Assembly: GCA_043804515.1 (NCBI GenBank)
Contig: JAZDIZ010000060.1
Coordinates: forward strand, 1 to 37,384
Length of the DNA: 37,384 nt
Origin: Pseudomonadota bacterium
GTDB lineage: Bacteria; Bdellovibrionota_G; JALEGL01; DATDPG01
Reading direction: 5' to 3'
Below, one piece after another: positions 32,968 to 37,384 of the stretch (within the stretch, counting starts at the first letter, position 1; every line of letters begins with the position of its first letter). The notes under the pieces are model-generated. The model made no database searches. It had not been told where the DNA came from and saw only the letters and a program-made list of their open reading frames with translations. Position numbers and translations under genes: made by a program.

Positions 32968-33890
32968 ACGCCGGAAAGCCGTCAGCCTGGATTCTCCTTC
33001 GAACGGACGGCCGCGTGATTCTCTCTCACCACAGCGGCCCGATCACGCCGGAGGTCCTGTGCCGGCATGCCGCCGGCGAGACACTCCTGGACTGGAAACG
33101 GATTTCCGACGGCGAAGTCCTCCGTAAACAGCGGAGGGGCGGCCTTTCGCCGCTCCCATTCCGGTCCGTGAAGGCATCCGCTCGGTGCGTTGCGGTCTTT
33201 GTGGTGACGTTCGGACTCTGCGTTGGATCTTGGCGCCTGATTGCGTTTCAGAAAGAGACGCCCGATCCGGAAGCGGTCCTTCGACCGAAACAGGCGTGTT
33301 CCCCAGCGCCTAGTGCTGCGCCCTCGGCCGGTCGCCCTGCCCCTGCGCCCCGGCCCTCCGCGCCGCCGGCACTGTCGGAGGCCTCTTCGGCGAAACGGCG
33401 GGCCGCATCCTCGCATGGAACGAAGGAAGCGAACCCTGCGGAAACCGGCGAGCCGGGACCGGCTTCGGACAAACAAATCCAAGCTCGGAATTTCTTCATT
33501 CGAGGCCGCTTGGAGAATGCTCTCTCCGCTCTGAAGGGCGGGAGTGAGCTGTCCAAGTTCGAGCCGGACTCCGACGCCGCCAGGCTTGAAACCGAAATTA
33601 GATACGCTTTGTGCCGCCGGGCCGAGCAGACAGGCCGCTACCACGAAGCGGGGGAACAGTGCGCCCGCGCATTGCAGTGTTCGGAGCACGCACGGGCCCG
33701 GGAACTAATCGAGTCGCTCGAGGCTCGTTCGAGAAAGCTCTTTTTGGAGGGGTATGTTATGGAAGGTGTGGATCCCAAGGGGGCCAAGGAGAGATACCGG
33801 CAAGCGGAGGAGGTGGCTCCTCCGGGGGGCTCCTATGCGGAGAAGGCCCGAGAGAAATTGAGGGAAGGCAAGAGAACGGAAGGCCGTTGA
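32964..33890 (+). CDS. Hypothetical membrane protein with a Pro/Ala linker and TPR-like C-terminus
   Basis: TM VAVFVVTFGLCVGSW, PAPSAAPSAGRPAPAP linker, helical repeats and RKLFLEGYVME..DP..A...YRQA. GTGA-coupled to the upstream gene. Confidence 0.6.
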   Translation: MNAGKPSAWILLRTDGRVILSHHSGPITPEVLCRHAAGETLLDWKRISDGEVLRKQRRGGLSPLPFRSVKASARCVAVFVVTFGLCVGSWRLIAFQKETPDPEAVLRPKQACSPAPSAAPSAGRPAPAPRPSAPPALSEASSAKRRAASSHGTKEANPAETGEPGPASDKQIQARNFFIRGRLENALSALKGGSELSKFEPDSDAARLETEIRYALCRRAEQTGRYHEAGEQCARALQCSEHARARELIESLEARSRKLFLEGYVMEGVDPKGAKERYRQAEEVAPPGGSYAEKAREKLREGKRTEGR

Positions 33891-33915
33891 ACAAGCCCTG
33901 TTGATCGGGGATAAT
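33887..33915 (+). promoter_or_regulatory. Candidate sigma70 promoter
   Basis: TTGAAC (33887-33892)-N17-GATAAT (33910-33915), 30 nt upstream of ATG 33945. Confidence 0.45.
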
Positions 33916-33944
33916 TCGTTTTTGACCCGGTTGCCGATCTATTC

Positions 33945-35852
33945 ATGAAAAAGAACGTTCTTCTAATCACCGCTTCGACGGACCCGCTATGGGCGGCGCT
34001 GGAAAAGGCCGGCGTGGCCAAGGGGTTGGAGGTTGTGCGCGTTTCGGCGCTTCGGGAAGCTCTTTTCCGCCTCGAGAACGAGATCTTTTCGGTCGCTGTC
34101 CTTGAGGATGACGCGAACGGCGTTCGGCAACGGGAGCTGGCGGAAGGGTTGAGGCTTCGCCCGTTCGGGCAGGTCACCCCGTTTGTCGTGCTGGGGTCCG
34201 CCGAGGAAACCGGGGAAAAAGCCCTGATCACGTCGGTTCTGGATCAATATTTTCCCGTCTCCACCGAGGCGGACGTATTGGCGGACTTCCTTTTGGAGAC
34301 CCAGTCTCTGCGCGAACAGTCGCCGAAATGCGGCCATCTGGGACCGGTCGCGTTCCCCGAAGTTCTTTACCAAGCTGCACGTCTTAAAATGGACGGGGCT
34401 CTTACCGTGGAGCAGGGGGACACCAGATGCGTCGTCTATCTGGAAAACGGCCGGATCGTTTTCTCATCGATCAACCGGGAGGAGAACCGGTTCGGGGATT
34501 TCCTGATTTCGCGCAAGATCATCACGGAGGACCAGCTTCTTGCCGCGGTGGAGATCATGCAGAAGAGAAAGAAGCGGCTCGGGAAGATCCTGGTTGAGGA
34601 GGGTTACCTCAAACCCCAGGTTCTTCAAACGCTTCTTCAATCCCAGATCAGGCACATCATCTTCACGGTTTTCGATTGGCCGGGCGGTGATTTTCACCTG
34701 CTCTTCACCGAAAGGTGCGAACCGGACGATGCGATCGCCAATGTGGACATCGCCTCCCTTATTCTGGAGGGGGTCCATGTCAAGTTCGATGAGCCCAGGC
34801 TGAACGCCGAATTCGACCCGTTCGATGCGCGCATATCGCTGGCGGTGCCCCTGGATGAAATCGAAAGACGCCACAATCTGGGGAAGAACGAGGTCGATTT
34901 TTTGAAACTGATCGGGAAGGGACGCCCCATCCAGGAGCTGTTGACACTGAATTCGTACAGCCGGCTCGAGAGTCTGAAGCTTTTGTATAGCTTCCGCGTC
35001 CTCGGCCTCCTCGTGTGTGAGCGGGGCGCTCATGCCCCCGGAGGAACGCTTCCGCGGGGAAGCGAAAAAGCCCGGGCGCTGGGACAATTGATGCGCCGGA
35101 AGACAGAGGCGCAGGTCGTTGAAGCCAAAAAGCAACAACCGGAAGAGCGCACGGGAAAGGTCGATTTTCAACCCCGCGCGAAAAAACCCAAGCCGGGAGG
35201 CCTCGGATACCTTGTAGGGGGCCTGGCCATGGGATTGTCCCTAATCGTCCTGCTGATCGTCTTTTCCGTGCTCGACACGCATCCCAACCGCGAGGCGCTG
35301 ATTGAGGAACGGGGCGGCACGTTCGTTCCCGATTTGGCCGTGGAGCGGTCGGCCGTTCGAATTCTCAAGCCGGAGCGCCCCGCCGTGCCGCAAAATTCCG
35401 CTCTGCCGGACGCTCCAAAGGAAAACTCGTTGGGATCGGCCCCTGCGGTTTCCCCGACCTCCCACCGGGATGAACCGCGATTTAAAACATTGGTTCAACT
35501 GGGAGCTTCACGCAGAAAAGAAGGGAAACCTGCCGACGCGTTGGTGGCCTATCAACGCGCGCTCGGGATCGATCCTGAAAACGCCTCCGTGAATTTCGAA
35601 GTGGCGGACCTCCTGTCCCAATTGGACCGCCCGGAGGATGCCCTGGTGGCCTTGGACCGCGTGAAGAAGGCCGATCCGTCCGACCCCCGACCGTATCTTG
35701 CGTCAGGGAAGATTCATCTCGTGCAGAACCGGACGGAACAAGCGAAGGAAGCTTTCCGAGCCTATCTGGCTATGGTTCCGGCGACAGCCGAGACGCAGCC
35801 TCGGATCGATGAAGTGAAGCGGATCCTGAAGAATCTCGAAACGCACCGGTAA
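33945..35852 (+). CDS. Pseudo-receiver + DUF4388 (with MshEN-like repeats) + TM + TPR protein
   Basis: Receiver-like N-terminus without the acidic pair. GHL...FPEVL...GAL...VYLENGRIVF and VFDWPGGDFH mark DUF4388. RFGDFL/RLGKILVEEG repeats, a TM, and C-terminal TPRs (AYQRALGIDPENA, YLASG, FRAYLAMVP). Confidence 0.8.
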   Translation: MKKNVLLITASTDPLWAALEKAGVAKGLEVVRVSALREALFRLENEIFSVAVLEDDANGVRQRELAEGLRLRPFGQVTPFVVLGSAEETGEKALITSVLDQYFPVSTEADVLADFLLETQSLREQSPKCGHLGPVAFPEVLYQAARLKMDGALTVEQGDTRCVVYLENGRIVFSSINREENRFGDFLISRKIITEDQLLAAVEIMQKRKKRLGKILVEEGYLKPQVLQTLLQSQIRHIIFTVFDWPGGDFHLLFTERCEPDDAIANVDIASLILEGVHVKFDEPRLNAEFDPFDARISLAVPLDEIERRHNLGKNEVDFLKLIGKGRPIQELLTLNSYSRLESLKLLYSFRVLGLLVCERGAHAPGGTLPRGSEKARALGQLMRRKTEAQVVEAKKQQPEERTGKVDFQPRAKKPKPGGLGYLVGGLAMGLSLIVLLIVFSVLDTHPNREALIEERGGTFVPDLAVERSAVRILKPERPAVPQNSALPDAPKENSLGSAPAVSPTSHRDEPRFKTLVQLGASRRKEGKPADALVAYQRALGIDPENASVNFEVADLLSQLDRPEDALVALDRVKKADPSDPRPYLASGKIHLVQNRTEQAKEAFRAYLAMVPATAETQPRIDEVKRILKNLETHR

Positions 35853-35888
35853 TTTCATTGAATTGTTTCCCATCCGAGGCCGCTTGCC

Positions 35889-36548
35889 GTGATTCCCCTT
35901 CGTGATGATCGCACGCCTGGCCGATTCCCGGCCGTCACGGTCCTGATCATCACGGTCAACGTGGCCGTGTTCGTCTACCAAGTGTTCTTCGGAAGGCTGT
36001 CGTTCGACGCGTATATCGAGACCTTGGGTCTGATACCCACGCGGGTAAGTGCATTGTGGCGGGGCGTGCAGCTTCATCAGGGGGTTCCGCCGCTTCTGAC
36101 GGTGTTCACGGCCATGTTCATGCACGGCGGGTTTCTGCACATCCTGGGGAACATGTGGTTCCTCTGGATCTTCGGGGGCAACGTGGAAGGAGCGCTCGGG
36201 CGATCCCGTTTTGTTCTCTTCTATCTCATCACCGGCGTGATCTCGTTTCTCGCGCACGTGGCCGTTCACCCGATGTCCCATGTGCCGCTGGTAGGCGCCA
36301 GCGGCGCGATCGCGGGGATTTTGGGAGCCTACTTCGTGTTGTTCCCGACCAACCGGATCCTCACGCTGATTCCGATCTTCTTTTTCGTGACGACGGTCCG
36401 AATTCCCGCGGCGTTTTTCCTGGGCATATGGTTTCTCATGCAGTTTCTGTATTCGTCGATGGGAGGGCAGGTGGCGTGGTGGGCGCATATCGGCGGCTTC
36501 GTCTCTGGCATGATCCTCGTCCGTTTTTTCCTCCCGCGAAGACGATAA
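35889..36548 (+). CDS. Rhomboid family intramembrane serine protease
   Basis: MIPLRD, FMHGGFLHILGNMWFLWIFGGNVE, catalytic GASG and WWAHIGGF. Confidence 0.95.
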   Translation: MIPLRDDRTPGRFPAVTVLIITVNVAVFVYQVFFGRLSFDAYIETLGLIPTRVSALWRGVQLHQGVPPLLTVFTAMFMHGGFLHILGNMWFLWIFGGNVEGALGRSRFVLFYLITGVISFLAHVAVHPMSHVPLVGASGAIAGILGAYFVLFPTNRILTLIPIFFFVTTVRIPAAFFLGIWFLMQFLYSSMGGQVAWWAHIGGFVSGMILVRFFLPRRR

Positions 36549-36571
36549 AACGACCTTCAAACATGTGTTAA

Positions 36572-36638
36572 GGCCGGAAAGTCGTGACCCCCCATCCCTC
36601 GCTTTCGACTCGGGACGGGGACCCCCAACTTTCCGGCC
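36572..36638 (-). repeat. Long REP-like hairpin
   Basis: GGCCGGAAAGT (36572-36582) pairs with ACTTTCCGGCC (36628-36638), enclosing a CCCCATCCC/GGGACGGGG inner stem. The mismatches become G-U pairs on the minus strand, with a GAAA apical loop. Confidence 0.75.
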
Positions 36639-36720
36639 GGGAGCTCTTGGTGAGAGCGCCTTTTCGCGCCTCGTGGGTGAAGGAATGGTCCCGGCTCAAG
36701 CCATCGCTTCTTGCAATTAG

Positions 36721-36745
36721 GGGGACACCCAGAATGGGTGTCCCC
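36721..36745. repeat. Perfect 11-bp hairpin GGGGACACCCA-GAA-TGGGTGTCCCC
   Basis: Read directly from the sequence. No U-tract follows on either strand. Confidence 0.8.
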
Positions 36746-36777
36746 ATTATGTCCACGTTGTGGAATATCCGGCGCGG

Positions 36778-37384
36778 CTATGGGTTCTGGTGTTCGAGGG
36801 TCAGCGTCGTGCTCTTCCCCGAGGCATCGACCGCCGTGATTTCGACTGTCACGTCTGTAAGCGGCGAGAACTCCCCGGCGATCGCCAAATGCTCGACCGG
36901 CCCCTCCGCCGTGGTCCAAATTCGTGGGGAGGAAAAACTATACTGGCGATGTACGGCCAACTTATCGGCGATATACATAAAGACATCGGTGATCGATGTC
37001 GTCGGATCGTACACTCTGTCCACGATGTACTGCTGGAGACCCAAGAAAAACGGTGCGATGTGCGCGCCGGACACCTCCGGATTGTCGGAGTCCCCGGACA
37101 ACGACGGGATCGTCACGCTTTTCGAAGCCGAGAAAACGTTGCAACCGCTTAGAGACGTCGAGATCCGCACGTTGTAAGCGCCGGGAAGCAGGTTCTCCAC
37201 GTGGGCGTCGTTGATGGTGTACTGCATCGTGGACATCCCGAACAGCGTGTTGACATTGGGAGCCGCCGTTACCTGGTTCACGGTGTTTCCGGACTCATCG
37301 GCCACTCGCGTAAATTCGTAATAGAAGTACGCTGCGGGAACGGTAATCCAGGGACTATTATTGGGTCGCTGGGCGACTACATGC
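36778..37384 (-). CDS. 5'-truncated hypothetical protein, beta-rich (Ig/fibronectin-like) C-terminus
   Basis: The frame is open to the window edge, beyond the listed 37305 start. ENLLPGAYNVRI and TVEITAVDASGKST resemble FN3/Ig-type strands. Confidence 0.55.
   Translation of the reverse strand, partial: HVVAQRPNNSPWITVPAAYFYYEFTRVADESGNTVNQVTAAPNVNTLFGMSTMQYTINDAHVENLLPGAYNVRISTSLSGCNVFSASKSVTIPSLSGDSDNPEVSGAHIAPFFLGLQQYIVDRVYDPTTSITDVFMYIADKLAVHRQYSFSSPRIWTTAEGPVEHLAIAGEFSPLTDVTVEITAVDASGKSTTLTLEHQNP

Noticed and set aside
36568..36756. 62-aa minus-strand ORF
   Set aside because: It runs through two hairpin repeats and has no protein features; probably spurious.
1..37384. CRISPR array, tRNA, rRNA, prophage or integrase
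   Set aside because: No regularly spaced direct repeats, cloverleaf or rRNA signatures, or phage/integrase motifs were recognised by eye.

Overview
This GC-rich bacterial window looks deltaproteobacterial; the vWA-like, short four-helix-bundle, DUF4388/TPR and FHA-like proteins suggest Bdellovibrionota or Myxococcota, which is an inference. About 26 kb (1614-27799) is a Wzx/Wzy-type exopolysaccharide/capsule locus of the PEP-CTERM-associated type. It encodes Wza, an outer-membrane barrel, a split Wzc, a priming sugar transferase, a polymerase/ligase, four glycosyltransferases and a flippase. Its tailoring set is unusually large: 3 deacetylase-fold proteins, 6 GNAT/FemAB-like transferases, 2 tandem ATP-grasp ligases and a proline-dehydrogenase-fold flavoprotein lacking the proline-binding residues. 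The locus carries rearrangement scars: an inverted GNAT pseudogene, a truncated GT4 copy, and an IS110 left-end/transposase fragment fused in frame to a deacetylase tail. Directly upstream, two diverged four-helix-bundle (23S-IVS/Avd-like) genes sit head-to-head around a perfect 18-bp inverted repeat, each followed by a CCGG hairpin; this is the most unusual structure in the window. Downstream are an ECF sigma/anti-sigma module with a CBM48-like sensor, a ~180-nt structured intergenic element, an outer-membrane barrel, panE, FHA/TPR/DUF4388-MshEN-like proteins, a rhomboid protease and REP-like hairpins. All family calls come from motif recognition by eye; no database searches were run.
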